This document shows positions 1-50,229 of a DNA stretch of 64,000 nucleotides, in pieces. The notes beneath the pieces are model-generated. The model saw only the letters and a list, made by a program, of their open reading frames with translations. It searched no databases and was not told the origin of the DNA. Both the position numbers and the translations under genes were made by a program. Positions within the stretch are counted from its first letter, which is position 1. Each line of letters starts with the position of its first letter. Source of the stretch: Octopus sinensis (lineage: Eukaryota). The stretch spans positions 71,610,001 through 71,674,000 of the forward strand of contig NC_042997.1 in NCBI RefSeq assembly GCF_006345805.1, given 5' to 3'.

Positions 1-1103
1 ATTTCCACCTATTTTTCTGCATGTTTAATATGACCGTTTCTCAACATTTAAAAAAAAATTTTACATCTGCATTGTCAGAGGGCTGTGGATTGGCAAAAGT
101 GTTAGAGCACTGGGCAAAATATCATTAGTTACAAGCTTTCATGTTCTGAGTTCAAATACTGCCAAAGTCAGCTTTGTCTTTTATCCTCTCTGGGATTGAT
201 AAGGTATCACTACAGTAATGAGATCAATTTAATTGACTGCACCTTTCCCCAAATGGTGCCAGTGATTACGTTTATTATACATTCTGATTACTTTTACTCA
301 AAACACTATTAGATGTCTTATTTTTGGTTGTGTACTGGATTTGAACTAAAATCTTTAGCTCTAAATTAAGTGTAAGAATGCTCATATCCACAGTGTGTCA
401 GTCACTTGGCGCATTGATAAAAGCATATGCTGTACACGTCAAGAAATAGATATTTGATGATAATTTGAGACTGGCTCAATCAAAACGTAGTGCAGATATT
501 AATATTTCCTTTCATTTCTGAATATGAAATTGATTGTATGAATAATTATGATCTAATTAACAACGCCACTTGGCCATTTAGACATTTAATGTACTGTGAA
601 GTATTCCTACAGTATATATAAAACACCATTAACTTTTTAGTGTATGTTTTTCTGTACTGATGTGTTCAGTGGGACTGCAATGATCCTGCAATGTCTATCA
701 ATCTGGTTTAGTTTTCCTTAATTTTCTCACACATCAGTATTTTATTCAACCAGCTCAACTTATGTCTCAGTAGCATACATCTTTGCTTGTCAGTAACAAT
801 GTAGTCACTACTCTTACATTGATAAAAGTATTGCTCTTTTATATTCATTCGCCATGCACATTCCAGAATTCATTCAACTTCAGTCTTTATTGGTCCCCTG
901 TATTCACTTATTTGGTTTTTCTTCTCACGCACCCGTAAAATATCACCAAGAAATGCATAAAATTTCATGATTTGTACACACAGCAAAAAATTTCTATAAT
1001 CCTTTATGCTGCATTTTGAAGGATTTTAGGATATATTTTTTATTGCTTTGTTATATCTTCTTTTTGTGTATGAATCTAAAAAAAAAACCTTTGTATTCTC
1101 CAG

Positions 1104-38036
<36,933 letters not shown>

Positions 38037-39989
38037 GCTCAGAAAAGAACACTTCCTTATTGACCATACAAATTATTGTTTTAGTAGTTTCAGGACTGCT
38101 CACTCACTATTCAAATATAAGCTAATATAGTGGGCCTGTAAATATTTAGCTTATTTAATGAGATTGCTCATAGAGTGTTTACAACTATGTAAGTGAAATG
38201 ATAACATTATTAACTTATTTATTGTTGTTGCTCACAGTTATACATGTTTGGGAAATGTTGTCGGGAGTACATAAAACATTTCAGACCTTTGATCAATTGA
38301 AAATCATAAAAACATACGACTATGTTGCTAATATTTACAATATTGTTAACTATATTCTGCATCAATATAATATATAAAAATATAATAGAACATAAATTAC
38401 AACAACTAGCTTGATATAGATTGAAAGAGTTGACTTATAATATCAGATGCAGACCAAAAGATTTATATTGTTGAATGTAAATCATCTGGTTTGCTTCAAA
38501 CTGTGATAATCCATCTCTTTTAATCAATATCAATATAATTTTATATATAGCATGCTGCACTTTCAACATGTAAAGAAATAATTTCTAGCTGGAATTACAA
38601 TCCAATCATAGACATATAACTTATCCACAGTGAAAACTAAATGTGATTTTTTACAGTATCTCATTAAAGACTCACTGTTTTAGATTAAAATCTTTTTGTT
38701 AGTTACATTTGATTCTTCTATTGAGTGTATTGAAAGTGATATCTTGTGGTGTGATACAAAAGTTAATTTCTTTAAATGAGATTTTGTAATGCTCATGGCA
38801 ATACCTTATATTTATCCTTCATGTATAAGGAATTTGAATGGAAATTTATATTTTCTGAAGTAACCAAAGTGCAGTTGTGACTGTATTTGCTGTCTCCTTA
38901 GTTTCTGTACAAACTAAATGTATTTTCCCTTCTCATCAGAATTCCAAAGACAGCAATATATATTGGAATCAAATGTTTACTTCCACCCTTATAAAGTTAA
39001 ACTATTATGCCACAGGTTTATTAGATTTATGTGTATTGATATAGTTGACTATCTCTATACCTGCTGCAAGCTATAACCCAACAACACTATTGCCAAAAAT
39101 AATGTTACTTTGTCTAGATGGCTATTATTAAAACATTACATATTTCTTTATTTGCTTTCCACATAGTCATTACTGCACTTCACTAAAGACATCACTGCCT
39201 TCAATTTATTCAAAAGAAGGCAATACACTAAAGGGTTTTTTAATGATTTCTGTAGCTCATCAAAAATATCTAATATCAATAATGAGTTTTTTTACATAGA
39301 ATTGTTACTTAGGTAATTAATCCAGGTAGATTGGGTTAATGAGTTTTAACTAGAGGTTCAATGAGAAGTTAGTGATAACAATACAAAACGTCAAATTTTA
39401 AATTTAAACAGGTAGATTGGCAATCTGCTACCTCAGCTGATTGTAGAAATTATACTGAAACTGGACAACTAAAAGCAAGAACATACTGTAAACAGTTATA
39501 TTGAAAATACAATATAAACTTAATACATTTAATAAATGCAAGCATAAAATTCAGATCAGATATGATGAAAGTGATTTTAATGAAAAAGGTTACAAACATA
39601 CATAGATGTTTGTAACGTGCAAGCATTCTTGTATCCCCATACAACATACACATGCGTTGTGTCTAGTGCTGGTATACTCTCAACTTAACCTTCACCAGTT
39701 CTTCCACAGCCAGACACAATCAAATATTTACCAAACTGCTGTTTGTTTGTCTTCATCTGAAATTCCATTTCTTAGAACTGTATTTTCTTCCTAAGAATAC
39801 TAATGTCTTCCAATGCAAAACTTCTTAAATTATCTTTCAAAATTCTTTTTATTAAAGAGAAACAAGTTAACTTTTTTTCCAAAATGTTTGCTTCCTGCCA
39901 GAAAGCAATTTGAAACCATGAAGCTTGTTAATTTCAAGGAACATAGAATGGCTTTACCATAGTTTCTTTCATAGGAAAGGTTGGGGTTT

Positions 39990-40700
39990 AATTGTCACAG
40001 CCACCAAGCTAAAAGAGATTTTAATTTTACACTGCTAACTTGTTGTTGGCATCCTTTTTGTCTCGGGAGACAATGGAGTTGCGCATAAAATAGTCCAGTC
40101 CAGCTTTTACATTTCATGTCCTGATACATTTCCTGCTGTGGCTGTGTAGTCCTATCCTGGACAGACACTCCCTCTGGCAGGTACCGCAAATGTAGCGAAG
40201 ACTGTTCCTGGCTGGTTGTAGTGTCAACCCTGGGTAGATCATCAGATATTCCAGGGCACATGGTCCTGACATTCCAGCTTGCCAACTGCAGGACTGGTGG
40301 TTTCTTGTCTTTTAGTTGTTTGCCTGGTGCAGAGATTGCAGGCCGCTTTTCAAGTCATACTCTTAGCTCCAAGCACCCAATGAAGCAGGCAGCCTGTGGC
40401 AGGTTAGCACCTTATTAACTGGGGGTTGCCCAGCTTGAGGTGGGCAGTAGCTAACCAATAGGACACGCAGGTCCCTCCCACCACCAGAGGTAACCCGTAG
40501 CGCCCATATTTTACGCCAATCTGAATGGACTTATCACTCGTGACTGTTACCTCCCGTGTTGTTTCTGCAGCTTTTTACAGCAGCACTGAAGTGTCCTCTC
40601 CAGTTTTGCGCAGGCCTGGGCTAGATATAAGAAAGTCCTGGGTAGCCCAATCGTCAGGTTTCCTCTCTCGACCTTGCTGATGTAGTCATTAGCTGTACCT
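39990..40700 (-). mobile_element. RTE-clade LINE 5' fragment
   Basis: LASWNVRTM endonuclease start with an upstream UTR-like region. Confidence 0.6.
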
Positions 40701-43039
40701 CTGTATGGTACCTGTTTGAGCCATCAATAACTAAATCTCTTAACCATAAACAGCACTACATTGCTGCTGACAACCACCACCATTCACACTTCAGGTTGTA
40801 GTGTTTGTAGTCTGTTTAACTTGCAACACCACTTATCAACAAATACTGTCTCATAAATAGCAAAACATTTTTCTAGTGATATTTTTGATAATTTTCTGTT
40901 TTGTTATAATAATAAAAACAGTATTTTCTTGTTTCAGTTTATAAACATTTGTACAAATCTGAAAGAAAAAAATTAATAAAATGAGAAAATAAAGTAATTT
41001 ATATTTTAATAACTTTGTTGTTCATTATCTTTATTTAGAGCTGATGAGAAATAATTATTTATTATTATGTATTGTGTGGTGAATTTAACTTTTATAATAA
41101 ACTCAGAGAATGATCTCTCTTGCTGATTTCAAATTGGGGAAAATATATCTGAAGTTCATGATTTACAGTATTCAATGATAATTTAAATTTATTAAGCCAT
41201 ATTCTTCATTTGCACATGTCATTTGTCGGAGTCCATGATCACCACTGATGAAGATGATCTACGATTAAAGATGTTTCAGATAATTAGTGTCTGGCTAGGA
41301 TTACATCATCCATTGATATATTTTCTTTTTTTAAGATTGTAAGGTGTGATTTTGAATAATTTTTTTAAAGTCAGTAACTACGTAGATATTCTCTTATTTG
41401 TGTGACCCTTTGCCTTTTATTTTTAAATGTTCTTAAAATATATTCTTAAAATATAAATCTAAGATTCATAACATGAGGAATTACATTGATCAGATTAACA
41501 CTTACATGCAAGCTAAAAATGCATCTATAAGACAACATTGTTATATTTTAATTAAATGAACATGTTACATCTAGCAATAAAAGCATACTTGAAACATAAG
41601 TTTACACTGAAAAATAAATTTAAATAAAAGCTAGCAATGGAGTATATATGAGTATTCCAATACATCTAACCCTAAAATATACAAAAAAAAGCAGTGCCAA
41701 AAAAGAATGATGATATATTAAAACCTTTCCATTCATGCTCTTCTATTAACACACTTCTTTCTCAATACCAATGAGGAGGGTCACATGAGGTATAAGTTAG
41801 ATAAAAGTTGGTAGTCTTGTATACAAGATCCTATTTAGAACATTTAAGAAAATATAAAAGGGAAGAGGTAAACAGCTGTCAATCAAATATTAACTGAAAG
41901 AAAAGACAAACATGTAATAAATGATATATGTGTGTGGTTGGGAAGCAGCATGAAACAGGCTGTAATTTATTTGTGAACAGAGACTGCAACTGAGATTCCA
42001 CTTTGGTATCCCTTAACGTCCTCAATAATAGCTGGTGTAAAGTAGTGCAAAATAATGTATTAAGAGAAATGAAAATTTAAAATCTTATCAGCATATGCAT
42101 GCAAAGAGTCAAGAAAATATCATAAGAGAAAGCTATTTGTTTAGATGGGAGCACGAAAGTCGTAAACTTCATGACTAGTTGTTAATATTGGGCAAAATAT
42201 ACATTTCCTTACTATATACATTTCAAATAAAGTTCAGTTTTAGCACATTATATTACACAATGGAGAACAAAATGAAGCAGAAAAAATATCTTGATAATAC
42301 GAATTCTGTATATAGAATACAAAATATTAAAAAAAAAATTATGTTTAAAAATAAAATATATAAAGTAAACTGCACCCTAAATTATTTTCTGCTTGTGGGA
42401 AGATATCAGATGGCAAAAATTCAGAAAATTTGAAGTCAGCGATAACCAATGAGTAAACAGACAAAATGTCCGTATGATTCTATATGACCACATCGTATGT
42501 ATATGACTAGATATAACAAGAATGGCATTGTATAACATGAGATGTCTATAAAGCCAGTATAATTTGATGAGATACCTTACAACCACAATAAGTTTACATA
42601 CAAGACAAAAATAAAACGTTGTACTAAATGTAAACGAAGTACAAACATATTTAGCATAAACAATTCTCTTCACACAAGTTCCTCAAAAACCACAACACTA
42701 AAGATGCAAACAGTACAGAGAGAACAACGGGTACTTTAATTGATCGACCCAGAGAAAATGAAGACCAATGTTAAATTCAGCGCAATTCGAACTTAGAACC
42801 GGAGTAAAAACTGGAACAAATGCCGTAAGTAACCTTGTCCGACGTTCTAACAATTCTGCCTAGGCATAAAACCAAGAATTTAGGGAGAAGACTTGTTCGA
42901 TTACATTGATTCCAAACTCTGAAAGGTTGAGAGGTAAAGTCAATCTCGACAGAATTTCAACTCAGAACGTAAAGTTCCGGAAGAAAATGTTGCTAAATAT
43001 TTTGTTCGACAGCTAAAGACTGCAATGACGTACCAATAC

Positions 43040-45480
43040 TTCAGCTGATTGGATTGGAAGCTCCAGAACTTGGGCTACATGTCGTTAGAACATGTTTCCA
43101 TAAACTCTTACTTCAAATTTACAAATCCTAATCGTCAGGTTATAGTGTTTTCCACCCAGCGTTCACCAGCTCCAAAATTCTGTATAAGGACTCAGAATAT
43201 ATGCTTTATTCCATTAAAGTTCATAAACAATTTAAACTCTTTACTTACTAAATACGGTCCATTGTCACAGGCTAACCATGAGTGGCGAAAATTCTTAGTT
43301 TCTTCCTTATGATTGTGACAGCTGATGAATTCGTGATCCATTTCGAGTATGTATCAATAACAATAAAAAAAACATGTCCCATGAATGGACCGGCAAAGGC
43401 TACGTGCATTCTTTCCCATGGCAGACTTGAATATTCCCAAGAAAGAAGTGGAGTTTTTTTCGACTGCTTTAACCTTGAATGTGTGTTTCACAAGCCTTAC
43501 ATGTCATTTCAATTTCAACATCCAAGTTTGACCCTCACATAGCATGGATCGAAAACCTTCACGCATACTGTTCCAACATCGATCTTCAGTTTCAATCTTT
43601 GGAGGGACGACTACTCGATTTCCCCCACAGTACCACGTCATTTCCACAACCTAATTCTTCTTGCTTGTTGAAGCATGGCTTCATTTCAGTAATTGAAGCA
43701 CTTCATCTTTAATTCATATACCCTACCCAGAATAGGATCTCTTGTGGTCTCATTTCAACCACTGTAGCAGAGCAGTTGATTAAATCAATTATGTGAACTC
43801 TATTCCCTCAACTGGAACAATTTTCCACAATGAAATTCACCGATAGATGTCTAAGACAGACATCAGCATGGTACTATAATTAGTAGTTATAGATTGCCAA
43901 GGTGGAACTTGTTTGTTTTCAGCAAACAATCCCAGCAGTGTTTTGCCATCGATGTAAAGAGTGAAAAGAATGACCATGCAGATATTGAAGGGTTTGATAG
44001 CAAACTTCAGTACAAGGCCTTTCTTTTCTGTGTAGGATACTTTTTCTCTGCGGCAGACAGCGTGTCTAATGTAATGCACAAGATTTTCACTCCCATTATT
44101 CATTTTATATGCCATTCACTTCAACTCTAGGTACAAGGCCCGAAATTTGGGGGGAGGGTGCCAGTCGATTAGATCGACCCCAGTACGTAACTGCTACATA
44201 ATTTATCGACCCCGAAAGGATGAAAGGTAAAATCGACCTCGATGGAATTTGAACTCAGAACGTAAAGACAGACGAAATACCTATTTCTTTACTACTCACA
44301 AGGGCTAAACACAGAGAGAACAAACAAGGAGAGACAAACGGATTAAGTCGATTATATCGACCCCAGGGCGTAACTGGTACTTATTTAATCGACCCCGAAA
44401 GGATGAAAGGCAAAGTCGACCTCGGCGGAATTTGAACTCAGAACGTAGCGGCAGACGAAATACCGCTAAGCATTTCGCCCGGCGTGCATGCCATTACTGT
44501 TTATATTCCATAGGGGGAATCATCTACATGTACAAGAACTGGTTTGAATGGGTCAAAGTGAGTCAAGGAAGGTGCAGAACACACCATATCCTTAGTAACT
44601 TAAGAAGCTCTTTCCTTCTCCGGACCTCACAGCTATGCTTTACCGTTTTTTAGCAGACGATCCAGTGGCTCAGTGACTGTTGGCAAATTTGGTAAATAGT
44701 GTTTATAACAACTCAACGCTCGCCCCAAAGTAAGCTGTCAACTCAGTGGCGTTTTGGGGGTAGGGGCTTTTTGTATTGCCGCAGCTTTCTCTGAAAGGAA
44801 AGTTATGTCTTCTTCGCTGATTCTAAAGCCAATGTATATCATTTCTGGAAGAAGAAACTGACATTTAGTTTTTCCTAATTCAAGTCCTGCTTCATCCAAT
44901 ACAGACAATAATATTCACCGAAGATTCATAAAGTTACTTGTATCATTCATTCCAGATATTAAAATGTCATCTATCCGCCCTTAACAGAAAGGAATAACTC
45001 TTCTTAAGTCATTTTCCGATGACAGACACCTAAAACTCTGTGTACCTCGAATTGCAAGTGAGTGGGTTTTCTGTCATCCTTTCTTTTCTCATTGAATTGC
45101 CAACATTTTCGACGAATATATCCGATACGCTTACATGCATAAATTCCTTATTTTTGAAAGAACACACATTAGCAAGATGATTAGTATTTAAATTAACAGT
45201 AGTATTAGCATTTCGCTGGCAGCTTATGGATAGACTTTTCAGATTCAACTCTGAATGTTCCTAGAACACTTTGTGGCTGATTCAATTACCACCGATATTT
45301 CGAAATCACTCTCAAATGTCGGTATCTTTTCATTGAGTAATAATTGCTGAATTTTCTCATTCTGGACTCCCACTATTAGCCTAATGAATCTTGCAGGCAT
45401 GAAGTGGATTCGATCCACCATAGCCAAACTTTTCTAACGGTAAAACAATAGTTTTTCTGTGACAGCAGTTTTACATTTGC
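43040..45480 (-). mobile_element. Gypsy/Ty3 LTR-retrotransposon internal remnant (gag, RT, RNase H, integrase)
   Basis: RLIVGVQNEKIQQLLL (gag), IDDILISG (RT) and PWERMHVAFAGPF...VIDTYSKW (integrase); interrupted by a SINE. Confidence 0.8.
44126..44487 (-). mobile_element. Young Nin-type SINE, partial dimer, nested in the Gypsy remnant
   Basis: Two copies of the ATCGACCCCGAAAGGATGAAAGG core; CpGs retained. Confidence 0.8.
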
Positions 45481-46739
45481 CAGATTGCTTTAGCTAGGTC
45501 GAAATAATGTCTTCACCACTTGACCTTTCTAACTGCTTCTATTTTACTAGAATTAAGATAACAAGATCACCAACTAAATCTATTGTTCTCAATGATTGTC
45601 TATCCTTCTGGATAGTTATAAAAACAAGACCCCGCAAGCAAAAGGCAGTTAGTCACTTGGTGATGACTCAACCAGTTAGTCACTTGGTAACAACTCAGTT
45701 AGTGAGAGCAGAGTCTGGTTGACCAGCTGAACAAAATCCCGTCTCTAAAGATAAGGGCACAAAAATGACAACTATGGTAACTCACCAACGCAGTTGTTTC
45801 GTCCCATACTCTTTCCCTCTTACTAACTCTATTTTCTTTTACAGCATCACTCTGTTTCTATCTGTAATTACTACTACACAATGACGAGAACATAAACACA
45901 AACTATATAAGGAAAATCTACATCTATCTTTACTTCGTCGTGGCAAGGCGTTGTATAATGTAACGGTAAAATAAATATTTCCTAAAAACTTCATGCATTG
46001 TTCATCTTTCACATCTTGCAGCATGTCGTCACAATTAAATTTCAACCGATACAAAAATAATCTTCATCGTTACACCTGTCTCTAAGGTGTTCATTGAGTT
46101 CGTTCCTAAAATTACACTTCTCAAACATTTTTTTACGTGTTAAGAAACACTACCTGATGATTTCTTGGTCTGTATTGCTCGCGAAAATAACAAAAATCGC
46201 TTCAGACTTTCATTGGGCACAAGGTTAAAGGTTTTACCATAAGTTTACAGGATTTGGTCAAATAATTTCTTTTCATTTGGTATACTATTGGATAGACTTC
46301 AAAGAATGGAGAAAAAAACATTTTGCACATTGCCGTCTTCTGCATCGTTTGCCACAAAGACAAACCTTAAACATTCGATATAACTCATCCATTTCCATTG
46401 TACAGTTCCATTCCTTTACATCTCCAAAGAAAGACATTCTGAAGATGAATCTATATTGAAAATTTAAATTCAACCAATGTATTTGTACGTTCTTTTGCTA
46501 AAAACATACCAAGGTCTCAAATCTGTCGGTCTGTCTGTCTATCTGTATGTATGTATGTATGTATGTATGTATGTATGTATGTATGTATGTATGTATGTAT
46601 GTATGTATGTATGTATGTATGCATGTATGTATGCATGTTTGTAGGTATGTATGTATTTATGTATGTATGTATGTACGTACGTACGTATGTATATTTTCTA
46701 CTATAGCCTCGGGCCGACCAAAGCCTTGTGAGTGGATTT

Positions 46740-46799
<60 letters not shown>

Positions 46800-46993
46800 C
46801 TATATATATATATATATTTATGTATGTATGTATGTATGTATGTATGTTTGTGTTCCTGTGTTTGTCCCCCACCATCGCTTGACAACCGATGTTGGTGTGT
46901 TTACGTCCTGGGGTCGATTTGTTCGACTAAAAGGCGGTGGTCCAGCATGGCCACAGTCAACATGACAAAAAATAAAAGAATATATATATATAT

Positions 46994-47042
<49 letters not shown>

Positions 47043-47267
47043 CATGGGGTAAACCTCCTTTACCCCATTTCTACAATTAAAAAATCTTTATTGCTTCTAA
47101 CCTTACAGCAGTTAGGAACAGCCATATCTTAGTCAGTCAGTGGAAGGACTTCACTACCTCATATGTTCTTAAAATTTAAATCCACATCTTTGTCTGTATA
47201 TTTACCTTCTCTATAATGTTGCGACTTGATTTGAAAATTTTTGTATTTAATGGAAAACCTCTATAAC

Positions 47268-47351
47268 TGGCTGATGAGTACTCAGCATCTTAAATCTGTT
47301 GTAATACTTACAACATTTAATAAAATGATGTAGTACGAAACGATCCTACCA
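47268..47351 (+). ncRNA. Hammerhead ribozyme motif with extended stem II
   Basis: TGG-CTGATGA-GTACT...AGTAC-GAAAC-GATC-CTA-CCA; one substitution from the palindromic ACGATCGT stem III. Confidence 0.75.
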
Positions 47352-47383
47352 AATTACCGGAGTCATTCTTGTTGCTTATTTTG

Positions 47384-47452
<69 letters not shown>

Positions 47453-47454
<2 letters not shown>

Positions 47455-49058
47455 ACCCAGAACCACGCTAATAGCTTAAGAGTGAAATTTAGGATTTGTC
47501 GGTTTTCTGTGAATCGATTGTGATAAAACTTTTCCCAACTAGTTTGTACACTATGGCAACACCATTATTATGTTTTCATTATTCTGTGTAACGTCCTTTC
47601 TTTTTCTATTCCAGATTCTTCAGATTTTGGATGAACCTCTCGAAGAACAAGGGGACGTGGAAAGGCCTTAACGATGAAAAAAAGTCTCTCATCATCAAGG
47701 AAAGTGCGGAGAAGTTAGGTCATCATGTAGACATGGTTAGACGATTGCTTCGCCAAGGAAGAAACGATCCTGTTGTAGAACCTCTAAGACTGTGGCACTC
47801 GGGATTTAAAGAATATTGACTGCAAGTTACGTGGGAAACCTGAAGAAACAAGCAAAACCACTTTTACCGCCTCCGGACTTCCTCATGTACCGAAAACTAC
47901 CAGAAATTACATCCTAGAGACCATGGATTCCGTGCGAGAACCCCCGAAACAGCCTCCTTTAACTGCCCCGTCACAGGAGTTTGAGGCTTCAGTGAGCCCA
48001 AAAGTAAATTACGCTTGACTTGAGTTGTGTTCTGTTCACTGACGAAACCTTTGATGGACCTGACGGTTAGGAAAATGGTTGGGTCTATTCTGGAGATGAG
48101 CGTCACTAACGCTTACGACGTCAACACAGGGGTTGTTCGCAATGATAGGAAGAGCCGACTTCGAAGGATAAAAAATCGACGTCGCTGCGAACGCTTGGCT
48201 TCCACAAGCCAGTTATCCCTGTGGAAATTTTTCTGACACTTCTCGGCGGACGCATAGCTCGCCGCTGTTGAGGGGTAATATCATAGGGGACATACTTTTT
48301 GGTCCAGTCAGGGTGCCTGAAGTGGTTAAAGTAACCGCAGCCACCTACTGCAATCTCTTGAAGGAAGTCTTGGATCCCTAGCTAGATGACATACCGCTGT
48401 CACTTCTAAGGAATCTCGTATTCATGCATTATCTTCATGCATGACAACGCTTCCTCCCACTCTGCTAACCAAACATTACTAGGGTCTTACGGCATATAAA
48501 CTGAAAGGTTGATGGTGTGGCCACCAGTATCTGCGGATCTCAACCCTATCGAAAATCTTCGGTCCATCATTAAACATGATATTTATGCCAATGGACACCA
48601 ATTTACATCGAAAGATGTCTTATGAGTGACCATCAAAGTTGCAGCAGAGGCAGTCCAACCTGCTACTATTAAGAAATTGACAGATTCCATGACTAATAGG
48701 ATTTTTGAAGTTATCTGTCGAAATAGCGCTCATCTGGCTAAATAATTCATTATCTCAATAAATGTTATAATATTATTATGGCTTTCTGTTAAATATATAT
48801 TCAATGTATGCTTAATATGTATCATTACCCTTCATTTTCTGAAAAAAATTCTAGATGGGCTATTTTCATTTAAAAGTTATTAACGTGGTTAACCCAAAAG
48901 TTAAAGAATCTGAAATAAAAAAAGGAAGGACGTTACACAGAATAAGGAAAATATGACAATGGTGTTGCCACAGCGTACAAACTAGCTGGGGAAAGTCTTA
49001 TCAAACTCGATTCACAGAAAACCGACAAATCCTAAATTTCACTCCTTAGGTTCTGTGT
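47453..49058 (+). mobile_element. Tc1-like transposon with long (~170 bp) TIRs, defective
   Basis: Inverted termini ~47453-47635 and ~48890-49058; VLFTDE, DGPDG, MHDNASSHSA and WPPVSADLNPIENL motifs. Confidence 0.88.
48136..48243 (-). pseudogene. 28S rRNA fragment (domain V region)
   Basis: AATGATAGGAAGAGCCGAC.TCGAAGGAT.AAAAA.CGACGTCGCT..GAACGCTTGG...CCACAAGCCAGTTATCCCTGTGG is the reverse complement of conserved eukaryotic LSU rRNA, with scattered substitutions. Confidence 0.92.
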
Positions 49059-49068
49059 GTGTGTGTGT

Positions 49069-49102
<34 letters not shown>

Positions 49103-50229
49103 CACATACACGTGCATATACATATATGTATATATAACACACACAGAAACACATATACATACATTATCGACCGCACATACTCGATGTATGAGTTTTGCTT
49201 GTTTGCCGGTACGCTGCCGCGTAGCGCGGTGCGAATGACATCCTCAAAGAGCTGGGTGTTAAAACACCTGAAAGTCATAGACAAGCGAGACAACTCGCCC
49301 GTAATCCCTTTCAAGTGTTTTAACAGCGAGCCCTTTGAAGGAACCATCGCCACCGTGCTATACTGCAGCGAACCAGCGAACGAGCAAAACGCACACATTC
49401 AATATATCATATTATCATCTCGTTGCTAATATATTTTTCAATGGATTTAGATACAATGGTTGCATACTGGAGCTTCAATGCAAATCTTGTTTTATCTTAG
49501 ACAAGCTTCAAGATGGCTCCACTGTCAGTTCCAAGCACCTTTTATACCTTTCCTCAGCTGGAGTGCTGCATGGATAGCCAGGCAACTAACACTGTAGATT
49601 TTCCTCTTAATTCCATGTTCTTGAAATTAACCCTGAAATGATGAAATGATGAAAAGCAAAAATGACTGTTGCGGAATATGAATTCAGAACGTAAAGCCAT
49701 GAAAAATGCCACTAAATATTTTGTCCGGCGTGCTAACTATTCTGCCACCACACTGTTTTAATAATAATTAATGATTTCAGATTTTAGCACAAGGTCAGCA
49801 ATTTTGGGGGGGAAATTAGATTAGTCGACTCAACAACTAAGATAGATTTTCCCCTTAACTCCACATTCTTATCGGGGCAACAACATCAACCCAATACTTG
49901 ACTGGTACTTTCACCCCCGAAAGGATTGAAGGTAATATTGACCCCGGCAGTATTTGAACTCAGAGCGTAATGAGTTGGAAAAAATAACGCTAAGCCTTTT
50001 TTCTCGATGCGCAAACGATTCTAGCAGCTCTAACAATTCTAATAATTATTTTAATACTACTTTTTTGGCAACATGGGCCAGTAAAGTCAGCAATGCTCAG
50101 GCGCAATACGAGCACGTGCAAAATGGTTTCGTCGCGCTGTGCACATCTCGTTTAGACGTAGCTGGCGGTAGCGTCTGTCGAATATATCCCAAACTGGCAG
50201 TGCCACGGTAGCACTGCCAGCCCAGAGAT

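Noticed and set aside
41040-41055. CTGATGAGAAA resembling a hammerhead core
   Set aside because: No stem II between the boxes and no stem I/III partners.
38037-41100. NPHP3 polyadenylation site
   Set aside because: Several AATAAA hexamers in AT-rich DNA; none can be singled out without transcript data.
46547-47042. Long ORFs rich in [12 protein letters not shown] (also 55834-56375, 58551-59012, 60659-61136)
   Set aside because: Translations of (TA)n, (TATG)n and (CA)n microsatellites, not genes.
48136-48243. Functional rRNA gene
   Set aside because: Only ~105 bp, substituted, and embedded in a transposon; reported as a fragment.
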